From positions 1 through 37,549 of IMG/VR virus record IMGVR_UViG_3300010366_000024: 37,549 nt of DNA; one strand, given 5' to 3'. The translations under genes were made by a program, and so were the position numbers. The notes beneath the pieces were generated by a model that was given only the letters and a program-made list of their open reading frames with translations, ran no database searches and was not told the DNA's origin. Origin of the DNA: a virus. Taxonomy: Duplodnaviria > Caudoviricetes. Of this stretch, positions 8,898 through 17,171 are shown piece by piece (position 1 is the stretch's first letter; each line of letters begins with the position of its first letter).

Positions 8898-9415
8898 ACG
8901 GCGGGCGGAAAGAGTTCGGCTGGGCAGACGGCAGCGCAATGGGATTGCAACTGGCAGATGCGGTGCTGGGCCGGGCAATGCCGTTCAACATCGAAGCGGA
9001 CCTGTCCCACACCGCCCCCGGCAACCGGGCCGCGTTCCTCCTCGGTATGGCCGCCATGATCCGGGCCACTGTGGTCATGCACGCGGACCTGCGCGCGGGC
9101 ACGGGGGTGCCGTTCAACCCAGACTGGACCGTGGCCCCTGCCAACATGCTGGCCGAAGTGATGGAAGACCGGGGCTACACCGTGCAGAGCCTGGCCGGGG
9201 CCATGCACCTGGCCACCGATGGCGCAGCCAAACCCGCCGACACCGAACACGCCTTGCGCAGCCTGCTGGCCCGTGAACCGATGAACCCGGCCCTGCCCGG
9301 CCTCCTGGAGCGCACCACCAACGTGCCCGCCAGCGCGTGGCAACGGCTGGAAACCCAATACCGCGCGGACCTGAGAGCAGGCCGCACCGACACCACCAAG
9401 GGGAGCACACCATGA
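8894..9415 (+). CDS. Protein with C-terminal HigA-like XRE helix-turn-helix
   Basis: FNPDWTVAPANMLAEVMEDRGYTVQSLA...LERTTNVPASAWQRLETQYR resembles HigA; GTGA overlap start. Confidence 0.65.
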   Translation: MNGGRKEFGWADGSAMGLQLADAVLGRAMPFNIEADLSHTAPGNRAAFLLGMAAMIRATVVMHADLRAGTGVPFNPDWTVAPANMLAEVMEDRGYTVQSLAGAMHLATDGAAKPADTEHALRSLLAREPMNPALPGLLERTTNVPASAWQRLETQYRADLRAGRTDTTKGSTP

Positions 9416-9828
9416 AAGGCACCTGGCAAACCACCAGCGGAGGCAGCGGCGGCACCGGCCTGTTCATCCTCGCCATAGCCGCCCTCTGCGTAGCAGGCGG
9501 CTGGCTCGCCAAGAACAGCGGCCCATTCCTCAACGGCACCGCCCACCTGCTGCAAGCTCTAGCCGAACTCGTGCTAGCCGTCGTAGTCCTGGCCGCAGCC
9601 GCAGCCATCACCTGGTGGCAGTACCGCCGCCGCCACCCACGCCAGCCACCCCAGTTCACCCGCTACCGCGCCACCACCATGCAACCCACCCAGCCCCGGG
9701 CTACGCTGCACCCACCAACCCACCAAGCCATCGCCCCCCCAAGCCAACGCCCCGAAATCCACCTGCACATCCACGGCAACGCCGACCCCGAACGCATCGC
9801 CGCAGCACTACAGCAACACCTGGAGTAA
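9412..9828 (+). CDS. Two-TM membrane protein with Pro/Gln-rich tail (Spd-like?)
   Basis: GGGAGCACACC-ATG start, two hydrophobic segments, IHLHIH C-terminal motif. Confidence 0.7.
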   Translation: MKGTWQTTSGGSGGTGLFILAIAALCVAGGWLAKNSGPFLNGTAHLLQALAELVLAVVVLAAAAAITWWQYRRRHPRQPPQFTRYRATTMQPTQPRATLHPPTHQAIAPPSQRPEIHLHIHGNADPERIAAALQQHLE

Positions 9829-9831
9829 CCC

Positions 9832-9987
9832 ATGGGCCTAAAGAAGGTCGCAGGCTGGGCCGTCGTCCTCTTCCTAGCCTGGTACCTGTTCACCCAGCCC
9901 GCCGCCACAGGCGACGCCGTACACAACCTCCTCAACATGGCCCAACAGGCAGGCCAATCCATCGCCACCGCCCTCTCCCACATCTGA
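9832..9987 (+). CDS. Small membrane protein (51 aa), not in the ORF track
   Basis: MGLKKVAGWAVVLFLAWYLFTQPAATGDAVHNLLNMAQQAGQSIATALSHI*, GGAG RBS. Confidence 0.75.
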   Translation: MGLKKVAGWAVVLFLAWYLFTQPAATGDAVHNLLNMAQQAGQSIATALSHI

Positions 9988-9992
9988 AATCC

Positions 9993-10187
9993 ATGCCACC
10001 CTGGCTGACACGCCTGCTAATCGCCAACGGCCCCGCCAGCGGGCAACTTACCTACGCGGGACACCGCTACTGCGGACAAGGCCGACGCATGGGCCGACAC
10101 ATCCTCGTCTGCCTCCTACCACCAGGCTGGCACCCCCACCACCACGACCCCACCCACGGCACCTACTGGGACCAGGACTACACATGA
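9993..10187 (+). CDS. Hypothetical protein (64 aa, Cys/His)
   Basis: Fills the gap and overlaps next start (ATGA); C..CLLPPGWHPHHHD motif. Confidence 0.55.
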   Translation: MPPWLTRLLIANGPASGQLTYAGHRYCGQGRRMGRHILVCLLPPGWHPHHHDPTHGTYWDQDYT

Positions 10188-11143
10188 CCCTCCCACCACC
10201 ACCACCCGGCCTACCACCCACCCAACGCCCCATCTGGGAAGACACCACCACCCGCCTCCAAAACCTCGGCATCACCCAAATAGACCCACGCCACCTACGC
10301 GCCTACGTCCGCACCGCCGCCAACCTCGACCAAGCCACCACCCTCCTCGACGGCGCAGGCGCATTCATCGACGCAGGCGGCCACATCACCACCAACCCAG
10401 CCACCCAACCCCACACCCGCTGGACCCGCGACCTAGCCCGCCTCGCCACCACCCTCGGCCTCACCAGGCCCGCCGCCGCGCTGCCGCCTGCCGACCCGCC
10501 AGCCCCCACGCGACCGGAGCACTGGGGTGCGCGGTGGTGTGACCAGCACGAACGGTGGGAGTGCACCAAGCAGCGCAGCCGTGGCCGGGGCACCTGCCAT
10601 GGGCCGAGCACGGACGGCACGGACATGTGCCGGATGCACGGCGGCACTAGCGTGGTGGCGCATCTGGCGGCGGTGGCTGAGCGTGGCGCGGCCAAGGCAG
10701 GCGGGGTGCTGCCTGGCGGCCGTGATCTGCCGGACGTGCACCCGGCTGATGCGCTGTTGCACCAGGTCAGGTACTGGGCGGGGCTGTGTGGGTGGCTGGA
10801 TGACGTGGTGGCGGGGCTGGAGCGAGGCAGCATGGTGTGGGGTGTGACGCGGGAGCAGGTTGACCAGGGCGGGGAGTTCCCGGGCACGGTGACGGTGCGG
10901 GCGGCGGGGCTTAACACGTGGGTTCAATGGCATGAGCGGGCGCACCGCATGCTGGCGCAGGTGTGTGAGATTGCGCTGCGTGCGGAGGTTGACCAGGCCG
11001 CTTTGGCGTTGCAGCAGGCGCAGGGCATGCAGGCGTTCCGTGCTTTCCAGGAGGGGTTGCAGAAGCTGGACCTGACGCCGGGGCAATGGGAGGCTGCGCG
11101 GGTGGTCATGCCCCGGGTGCTGCGGCAACTAGTGGCCGCCTAA
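10184..11143 (+). CDS. Terminase small subunit-like protein (P27-type N-domain fused to HGGxSTG-type domain)
   Basis: N-half PPPGL..IW..D...LRAY...NPA...LGLT (P27 family pattern); C-half C-x-C...CRMHGGTS plus helical HPADALL...ALRAEVD segment. Confidence 0.7.
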   Translation: MTLPPPPPGLPPTQRPIWEDTTTRLQNLGITQIDPRHLRAYVRTAANLDQATTLLDGAGAFIDAGGHITTNPATQPHTRWTRDLARLATTLGLTRPAAALPPADPPAPTRPEHWGARWCDQHERWECTKQRSRGRGTCHGPSTDGTDMCRMHGGTSVVAHLAAVAERGAAKAGGVLPGGRDLPDVHPADALLHQVRYWAGLCGWLDDVVAGLERGSMVWGVTREQVDQGGEFPGTVTVRAAGLNTWVQWHERAHRMLAQVCEIALRAEVDQAALALQQAQGMQAFRAFQEGLQKLDLTPGQWEAARVVMPRVLRQLVAA

Positions 11144-11229
11144 GCGGAGGGTGGCCTGCTGTGGCCGGGTTGCCGGCCGGTGGGGCTTGGTTAGAACGAT
11201 CAAGGGTTGCCCTGGTGGCGGCCTGTCGC

Positions 11230-11248
11230 GGTAAACGGAGGGGTTACC
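11230..11248. promoter_or_regulatory. 19-bp dyad motif containing the RBS of the next gene
   Basis: GGTAAAC-GGAGG-GGTTACC, 2 nt before GTG 11251. Confidence 0.6.
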
Positions 11249-11250
11249 CC

Positions 11251-12408
11251 GTGCCGGTGTGGAAGCACAGCGATGCTACGTGTCAGTGGGAGCTATGGGC
11301 CTATCCTGACGCGGGGCACCGGGTGCTGGCCACTATCCCTGACGAGATAGCGGCTACGTGCGACCCCGACCGGCTGCCCTCGGAGGTGCGGGAAATGCTG
11401 TACCCGGACAGGTACCCGCCGCGCCCAGGGTTCCGGGGCGGTGCCGCACCGCCGGGCCGCACCCAGTGGGCCGTGGGCATGGCCCGGGGGAATGTGGGCG
11501 GCGGCCCGTACACTGGTGCACCAGGAGAGGAGCATCCCATGTATCACCGTGCGGAAACCTGGCCCTACCCGCCCGCAGAGCCGAACGGGCCTATGGGGCC
11601 GCTGGGTGACCTGGCCCTGACGGTGGCCGAGCATGCCGGCAATGGCGGCCCCGTGCTGGCGGCTGCGCTGCGCGGGCTGCGGCAGGTGGCCGAAGCGCTG
11701 GGCGTATTCGAGCAGACCCGCCACGCCCACAGTCTCAGCGAGGCAGCGGGCATGCTGGTGGCTGAGATTGCCCGCCGGGACACCCTGGCAGGCACCGCCG
11801 CACCCGGCGGCGGGGGCGGAGGAGGCGGCAGCATCGCTACGTGGCAGCCCACCACCGGCCAACTGGCGACCATGCACGGCCTGGTGGCCGAGCTGCCTGG
11901 CAATGTGGACCTGGCCGCCATCGTCGCCTGGGCTGGCATAGATACCCATGAGCCGCTGTGCACTCAGGGCCGCACTGACGTGGCGGCCGTGGCAGGCTAC
12001 CCGGCCACCACCCACCACCCCGGCGGCAGCGCGGTGGTGGGCATCGCCATGCACGCCGCCCCCGCAGGCGGCCAGGTCGCCATCCTGCTGGGCCACGGCC
12101 CCGTGCCAAGCCCAGGGCCGCCGCCATCGGACGCCCTGGGTTCCCGCACCTGGTCCGGGCGTGAGGACGCGCCCAAGGTGTGGGCCACCACGGTGTATGA
12201 CGAACTGGTGACCGAGTGGCGGGCCAACGCCGACGCCCAGCAAGTACAGGCCGGGGAACTGCCACCCAGCCAGGCGGCGGCCATAGCCAGGCTGCGCGGT
12301 GCAGCCACCGCTCTGTATGCCGCAGCCAACCAACTGGCGGACATGAATGAGCCGCTGCGCACTGGAGAGGAGCACGAGCATGTCAACGAGCCACAACCCC
12401 TTGACTGA
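11251..12408 (+). CDS. Hypothetical protein, probable second in-frame start at 11539
   Basis: GTG after GGAGG; internal GGAGAGGAGCATCCC-ATG at 11524-11541. Confidence 0.6.
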   Translation: MPVWKHSDATCQWELWAYPDAGHRVLATIPDEIAATCDPDRLPSEVREMLYPDRYPPRPGFRGGAAPPGRTQWAVGMARGNVGGGPYTGAPGEEHPMYHRAETWPYPPAEPNGPMGPLGDLALTVAEHAGNGGPVLAAALRGLRQVAEALGVFEQTRHAHSLSEAAGMLVAEIARRDTLAGTAAPGGGGGGGGSIATWQPTTGQLATMHGLVAELPGNVDLAAIVAWAGIDTHEPLCTQGRTDVAAVAGYPATTHHPGGSAVVGIAMHAAPAGGQVAILLGHGPVPSPGPPPSDALGSRTWSGREDAPKVWATTVYDELVTEWRANADAQQVQAGELPPSQAAAIARLRGAATALYAAANQLADMNEPLRTGEEHEHVNEPQPLD

Positions 12409-12763
12409 CACCGCAGGCGGCCAGGCGGCCCTGGCCGAAGCGCTGGCGCGGGCGGTGCCCGCGTGGATCGAAACCATCCGCAACCTGCCCCGTATCAAGG
12501 TGGCCGTACTGCGCGGCCAGGTGGAGGCCGCGCTAGCGGAGGCGGATTTGGCCAGCATGCTGCCGGGTGACCTGCCGGTGGCCTGCCCGGGGGATGACGC
12601 CAGTTGGGAAACCATGGGGGCCTTCCAGGCGCTGGCCAAGGCGCTGGCGCTGGACGCCTACCGGGCGGGCGGCGTCACATACCTGGGCATGCACTGGGAA
12701 GCCCACCGGGACCCGCCGCTAGGCGGCAGCGAGCCGGTGGCCACCACGGGCGGCGTGCTGTGA
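12380..12763 (+). CDS. Hypothetical phage protein
   Basis: GGAGAGGAGCAC RBS; AFQALAKALALDAYRAGGVTYLGMHW segment. Confidence 0.75.
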   Translation: MSTSHNPLTDTAGGQAALAEALARAVPAWIETIRNLPRIKVAVLRGQVEAALAEADLASMLPGDLPVACPGDDASWETMGAFQALAKALALDAYRAGGVTYLGMHWEAHRDPPLGGSEPVATTGGVL

Positions 12764-13506
12764 ACGGCCCGCAGCCGATGAAGCCCCCGGCGCGCAGCCC
12801 GGTGTGGGTGCCCACGGTGCAGCAGATGGCCCGGTTCGTGCTGGCGGAGGCCGCCGGGCCTGGCGCGTTGCTGGATGTGGACCTGAACACGGGCATGCTG
12901 GTGCACGCCCCCATGGCCGACACGATCAGCGGCCAGGCATCCGTGGCGGCTACGCCGCCGCCGGGCATGTACTTGCGGGCGCTGGCGCAAGGCTGGGCGG
13001 CCCACGCCATGGCCGTGGCGAACGAGACAGGCACGGGCGACCCGTTGCGGGAGGGGTTCCTTACCGGTGCCAGCGAGGCGTGGGCGGGGGCGGCCCGCCA
13101 ACTGGCCAACGTGCTGGACACCATCGGGGTGGCCAGCCTGGTGGTGGATGACCCGCCGCAGCATGTGAGGGTGCGGTGGGCGTCCCACATCCCCATCAGG
13201 GCAGTGGACTTCTACCGCTGTGCCCGGTGTGGCCTGGTGTTGGAGGCGTACGCCAGCCTGGACCGGTCACGGGCGTGGGTGACCGAAGGCGGCGAGGTGG
13301 AGTGTGAGGGGCCGCCGCCGCCTAACGCGGGCAGCCCGGCTGAGTGGGTGCCACGGCTGGTGCTGGAGGCACTGTTGCAGGCGTGGACGGGCCAGGTGGA
13401 ACGGGCCGGCCGTGGTGACGTGCTGCCGGATGATCCCAGCCCGCGTACGTTGCGCACCTGCGCGGACATGCTGGCTGATGTGCTGGCGTGGCGGGGTGAG
13501 GGCTGA
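12760..13506 (+). CDS. Hypothetical protein with CxxC
   Basis: GTGA overlap with upstream gene, RCARCG motif, GC3-rich frame. Confidence 0.65.
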   Translation: MNGPQPMKPPARSPVWVPTVQQMARFVLAEAAGPGALLDVDLNTGMLVHAPMADTISGQASVAATPPPGMYLRALAQGWAAHAMAVANETGTGDPLREGFLTGASEAWAGAARQLANVLDTIGVASLVVDDPPQHVRVRWASHIPIRAVDFYRCARCGLVLEAYASLDRSRAWVTEGGEVECEGPPPPNAGSPAEWVPRLVLEALLQAWTGQVERAGRGDVLPDDPSPRTLRTCADMLADVLAWRGEG

Positions 13507-13661
13507 TGACGCCGGGGCAGTGGGCCAGGGTGCTGCGCGCTGGTGCCAAGGCTGCGGAGCAGGCACCAGGCCAAGGGCCACGTGTGGCCGTGCAGGCGCT
13601 GGACCGTGCGCTGCTGGCCATGGCAGAGGAGGCCGACCAGATAGGCAGGGAGCAGGCATGA
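13506..13661 (+). CDS. Hypothetical protein (51 aa), not in the ORF track
   Basis: MTPGQWARVLRAGAKAAEQ...QIGREQA*; coupled by TGATG upstream and ATGA downstream. Confidence 0.65.
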   Translation: MTPGQWARVLRAGAKAAEQAPGQGPRVAVQALDRALLAMAEEADQIGREQA

Positions 13662-14107
13662 TGCCGGGGGTGGTACGCGCCTTGCACGCGCACGAACGGG
13701 TCCAGGTGGGCGCGCTGCTCGGGTTGTGCTGCGGCCCGGACCTGGCCGGCCACGGCTGGTACGGGTTCGTGTACGTGGACTGGGCGACTGCTGAGCGGAT
13801 GACGGACGCCAACCGGGCGCAGGGCTGGGCGGCGTACGGCCCGGCGTACTGGCAGCCCACCACGGAGGAGCAGCCGGTGCCGGTGTCGCTGCTGGACGCG
13901 GCGGGCACCCCGTGGGGCAAGCTGGTAGCCAGCCGGGACGTGGCCCAGTTCAATGCCCAGGACCCGGCCCCCGTGCGGGCGCAGCCGCTGCTGGACTTGG
14001 CGGCTACCTGGGCGGCGGCGGCTGACCGGCGCGGGGACAGCGATTATGCGGACCTGCTGCGGGCGTGCCGCCGCCAGTTGCTGGCGGCGATGGGCCGGCC
14101 GGAATGA
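13658..14107 (+). CDS. Hypothetical protein
   Basis: GGGAG RBS, ATGA overlaps at both ends. Confidence 0.65.
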   Translation: MMPGVVRALHAHERVQVGALLGLCCGPDLAGHGWYGFVYVDWATAERMTDANRAQGWAAYGPAYWQPTTEEQPVPVSLLDAAGTPWGKLVASRDVAQFNAQDPAPVRAQPLLDLAATWAAAADRRGDSDYADLLRACRRQLLAAMGRPE

Positions 14108-14433
14108 CTGGCCATGGGTGGGCAGTCCTGGCGGCCACCACGGCTGAAGCGATCCGCACGCATCTGGACAGCACCAGCGTGTACCTGGACACCAGGGATT
14201 GGTGGGTGGGCTACTACAGGGACCGCCAAGGCGGCCACTACGTGTGCCCGCTGCCGTGCCTGGTGATCCGCTACCGGGTGCCGGGGGCCAGCGGCGTGCT
14301 GTACGCCAGCGTGCCGACCTTGGACCAGCTAGCCGCCGCGTTGGCGCGGCTGGGCTACCGGCGGGGCGTGCCGCCGGGACTGGTAAACCCCGGGGCTACC
14401 CGTCCCGGGCAGACAGATGGGAGCAGCAGATGA
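14104..14433 (+). CDS. Hypothetical protein
   Basis: ATGA overlap; DWWVGYY...YVCPLPCLVIR segment. Confidence 0.65.
   Translation: MTGHGWAVLAATTAEAIRTHLDSTSVYLDTRDWWVGYYRDRQGGHYVCPLPCLVIRYRVPGASGVLYASVPTLDQLAAALARLGYRRGVPPGLVNPGATRPGQTDGSSR
14382..14400. promoter_or_regulatory. 19-bp dyad motif
   Basis: GGTAAAC-CCCGG-GGCTACC, 30 bp before the 14430 start. Confidence 0.5.
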
Positions 14434-15065
14434 CTAGGCGTTGGCTACGCGGATGTTTCAGGGTGGCGGCGGCGCTGGCAGGCGGCCTGACGGTGGCCGC
14501 TGTGGCGTACGTGGCGCTGCTGGCGGCGGCGGCGAATGCCGCCACGGGCGGCGGCCAGCCGGTACCACGGGCAACGCTGGCCCCGGGCTGCCAGCGGGTG
14601 CTGTGGACGGCGGGTGACGTTAACCGGCGGGGCGTGGTGTGCTATGCGCTGAAACAGCCCCCGGCGGGCATGCGGTGGAACCTGGTGCTGGATGGCCAGT
14701 CCACGTTCACCATCCACCGGGGCAGCGTGGTGGAGGGGTTCTTGTTCACGCCTGGGCAGCGGCAAGTGCGGCTGGCCGCCGAGGCCGCCGGCCAGCGGCG
14801 GTGCACGCGGGACATCGGGGTGCGGCGGGGCGTGGGCAACGCCATAGCGTCCTGGACGCATAAGTGCATCGCGTACGTGTCGGTGATCGCGGAGTGGAAC
14901 GATGGCGTGCCCAGGTATGGCCCTAAGTCCGCCGGGCTGGCGTCGGTGGTGTACCAGCCCACGTGGATCAACCCGCTGGCCAAGCCCAACTGTGCCGGGT
15001 GGGCCGGGTACAACTCCAGCAAGCAACTGGTGATTACCAAGTTCCCGGTGGTGGGGACCTGCTAG
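14430..15065 (+). CDS. Putative secreted protein
   Basis: Basic N-terminus, hydrophobic stretch ending ANA-A (signal-peptide-like), several Cys in the mature part. Confidence 0.65.
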   Translation: MTRRWLRGCFRVAAALAGGLTVAAVAYVALLAAAANAATGGGQPVPRATLAPGCQRVLWTAGDVNRRGVVCYALKQPPAGMRWNLVLDGQSTFTIHRGSVVEGFLFTPGQRQVRLAAEAAGQRRCTRDIGVRRGVGNAIASWTHKCIAYVSVIAEWNDGVPRYGPKSAGLASVVYQPTWINPLAKPNCAGWAGYNSSKQLVITKFPVVGTC

Positions 15066-15083
15066 CCAAGGCGCGTGACACGC

Positions 15084-15127
15084 GGCGGCCTCGTCTACCA
15101 GTGCACCGGCCTGGTGACGGGGCCGCC
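15084..15127 (+). terminator. GC-rich stem-loop after the 14430 gene
   Basis: GGCGGCCTCGTC-T-ACCAG...CTGGT-GACGGGGCCGCC. Confidence 0.5.
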
Positions 15128-15143
15128 CGTTACGGTAAGTGGC

Positions 15144-15692
15144 ATGGGTGAGCGGAAGGGGCGAGCGATGGGCGGGTGTGCTGGGGCGGCTAGGCGGTGC
15201 GTGCTGGGGTTCTGCCTGCTGGTGGTGTTGTCGTATGCGGTGTGGCCGGGGTACGGGCAGGTGCCGCATTGGTTTGTGTGGCTGATGAATGTGTGTGTGC
15301 TGGGGGCGATGGCTAACACGGTGGTGGCGCTGTGGCACCGGAGGGTGCGGCGGCGGCTGGACGCGGAACTGGTGGCCGCGCTGGCGCAGGAGCAAGTAGC
15401 GGTGCAGGCGGAGCGGATGCGGCGGGCCAACTGGTCCAGCGCACCGCCATCTGTGCCGCCGATGGACCGGCTGCCACCGGCTGCGCGCAAGGCTGCGCCG
15501 GTGCCCATGGTGACGGCCCCGCCGGGGGCGGCGGTGGACTTTGTGCATGCCATGGTGACGGCGGCGGCCCGTGCTCAGTATTGGATGGCGCAGCCGCCGG
15601 GCCGTGTCGTGGTGCTGGTGGACGAAGCGGAAGCGGTGCTGCTCCAGGGCCGTCTGGTGCCCAACGAGCCGCCGGGCGGTGGTGCCAGGTGA
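15144..15692 (+). CDS. Membrane protein (start 15144 or 15168)
   Basis: Two hydrophobic segments then a charged helix; TACGGT box 7 nt before 15144, GGAAGGGG before 15168. Confidence 0.6.
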   Translation: MGERKGRAMGGCAGAARRCVLGFCLLVVLSYAVWPGYGQVPHWFVWLMNVCVLGAMANTVVALWHRRVRRRLDAELVAALAQEQVAVQAERMRRANWSSAPPSVPPMDRLPPAARKAAPVPMVTAPPGAAVDFVHAMVTAAARAQYWMAQPPGRVVVLVDEAEAVLLQGRLVPNEPPGGGAR

Positions 15693-16048
15693 GCCGCCGC
15701 CGCAGGCACGGGCAGCATGGGCTGGCCCGGTTGCGGGGCCGCTGGCAGGGCGGCACGCCGATGCGGCATAGGAGTCGGCCACGGCGGCTGCGGTGGTATC
15801 TGGCTACGTGCCAGTACACCGGGCTGCCGCAGCCGTTCTCTAAGCGGAACGCGCGGGCGGTGTGGGCGCTGCGGCATACGGCGGCGACACGGCACCCGGT
15901 GGAACTGGGCAGCGAGCCACGCGGGCGGCGTGGCCTGCACCCTGACGCGGTGCTTGTGGACGAGCACATGCCGCCGGGCGGCTGGCAGCGGCTGGGCTGG
16001 ACGGACGGCGGCAGCCCGGTGTACTGGACACCAAAGAGCCACCCGTAA
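15689..16048 (+). CDS. Arg-rich hypothetical protein
   Basis: GTGA and TAATG overlaps with neighbours. Confidence 0.5.
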   Translation: MSRRRRHGQHGLARLRGRWQGGTPMRHRSRPRRLRWYLATCQYTGLPQPFSKRNARAVWALRHTAATRHPVELGSEPRGRRGLHPDAVLVDEHMPPGGWQRLGWTDGGSPVYWTPKSHP

Positions 16049-16230
16049 TGCCGGTGTGGGCGTGGTTCATGCTGGCGGCCGTGCTGGCGGCCGTGGCGGT
16101 GCTGTGCTTGCTGCATGGGCTGTGGTTCTGCGCGGCGGCGGCGGGCATCCTGTTCCTGGGCGTGGCGGGGGCTATCGTGTGGGCCATGTGGGTGGGCTAC
16201 CGGTCAACTAGGGAAGGCGATCAGGCGTGA
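16048..16230 (+). CDS. Small two-TM membrane protein
   Basis: 60 aa almost entirely hydrophobic; overlaps neighbours. Confidence 0.65.
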   Translation: MPVWAWFMLAAVLAAVAVLCLLHGLWFCAAAAGILFLGVAGAIVWAMWVGYRSTREGDQA

Positions 16231-16589
16231 GCATTGACCGGGGCGAAGGCCACCCCATCAACGCACGTGGCCTGGCAGCCTTGCCGCCGCCGCCTCCGGT
16301 GCCGCTGGGCCTGGCTGAGTTGGCCGCCTTGGCCGCCCGCATACGGCGGGAGCTACCGGAGCCGCCCAAAGTGCTGGTGCTGGAGTGCGGCGCACCGGTC
16401 ATGGTGGCCCTGTCAGCGCGGCAGCGTGGCCGCCCCGAAGTGGTGCCGCATCCCCCCGCGCAGCCGGGGGAGGGGCTAGCGTACCGGTCCATAGGCGTGC
16501 ACGTGCGCGACGGCTGGGGGCTGCGGTGGCGGCTGCTGGAGGACGGCGAACCGGTGGGTGAGGGTGAGTTGGGTGTGCAAGCTGGCTGA
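16227..16589 (+). CDS. Hypothetical protein
   Basis: GTGA overlap, GGAAGG RBS. Confidence 0.55.
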   Translation: MSIDRGEGHPINARGLAALPPPPPVPLGLAELAALAARIRRELPEPPKVLVLECGAPVMVALSARQRGRPEVVPHPPAQPGEGLAYRSIGVHVRDGWGLRWRLLEDGEPVGEGELGVQAG

Positions 16590-16854
16590 GCTACGCATAC
16601 CAGCGGAGCAGTGGCAGGCCGCTGCCCCGGCGCACATGGTGCTGCCCAGCCAGCGCGGCCAGCCCGGCGGGCACATCGCGCTGCGCGGCCAGGCGTGCCG
16701 GGGTCACCTGTTCGCCGCGCCCTTGGGCACGCCGGATGACGTGCGGTACCCGGGGTGGATTGACCTGGGGCCGGTGGATGACTTGCCCGACCCTAAGCGC
16801 GGCGTCACGGCCTTGGTGTGGGCGGCGTGGCTGGAGCAGGTGGGCTGGGGATGA
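16573..16854 (+). CDS. Hypothetical protein
   Basis: Fills gap, ATGA overlap downstream; start uncertain. Confidence 0.5.
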   Translation: MCKLAELRIPAEQWQAAAPAHMVLPSQRGQPGGHIALRGQACRGHLFAAPLGTPDDVRYPGWIDLGPVDDLPDPKRGVTALVWAAWLEQVGWG

Positions 16855-17171
16855 CGCGGCCGTACCTGGTGGCGCTCGATGACCAGGTGGCCGCCGTGGT
16901 GCGGGACTTGGGGCCGGTGGAAACGCCAGCAGTGTTCTTGTCGGTGTGGGGGCCGTGTAACGGGTTCCCCCACGGCGGCTGCCAGCACGTGGTGTCCTAT
17001 AGCCAGGTGTATGGCAGCCTTGGCCGCCTGCTGCTGGCGGGCCAGGTGCGCGCGGAACGGTTCGGCCAGGTGGGCCGCAGGCGGGCCACGTTGTGGCGGT
17101 GGGCAGGCCGCCGGGAGCCGATGCCGCCATGGACCACCACCACGGAGGAGGAGCGATGGGAGCCCAGCTAG
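16851..17171 (+). CDS. Possible winged-helix DNA-binding protein
   Basis: SQVYGSLGRLLLAGQVRAERFG...LWRW resembles wHTH recognition helix and wing. Confidence 0.5.
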   Translation: MTRPYLVALDDQVAAVVRDLGPVETPAVFLSVWGPCNGFPHGGCQHVVSYSQVYGSLGRLLLAGQVRAERFGQVGRRRATLWRWAGRREPMPPWTTTTEEERWEPS

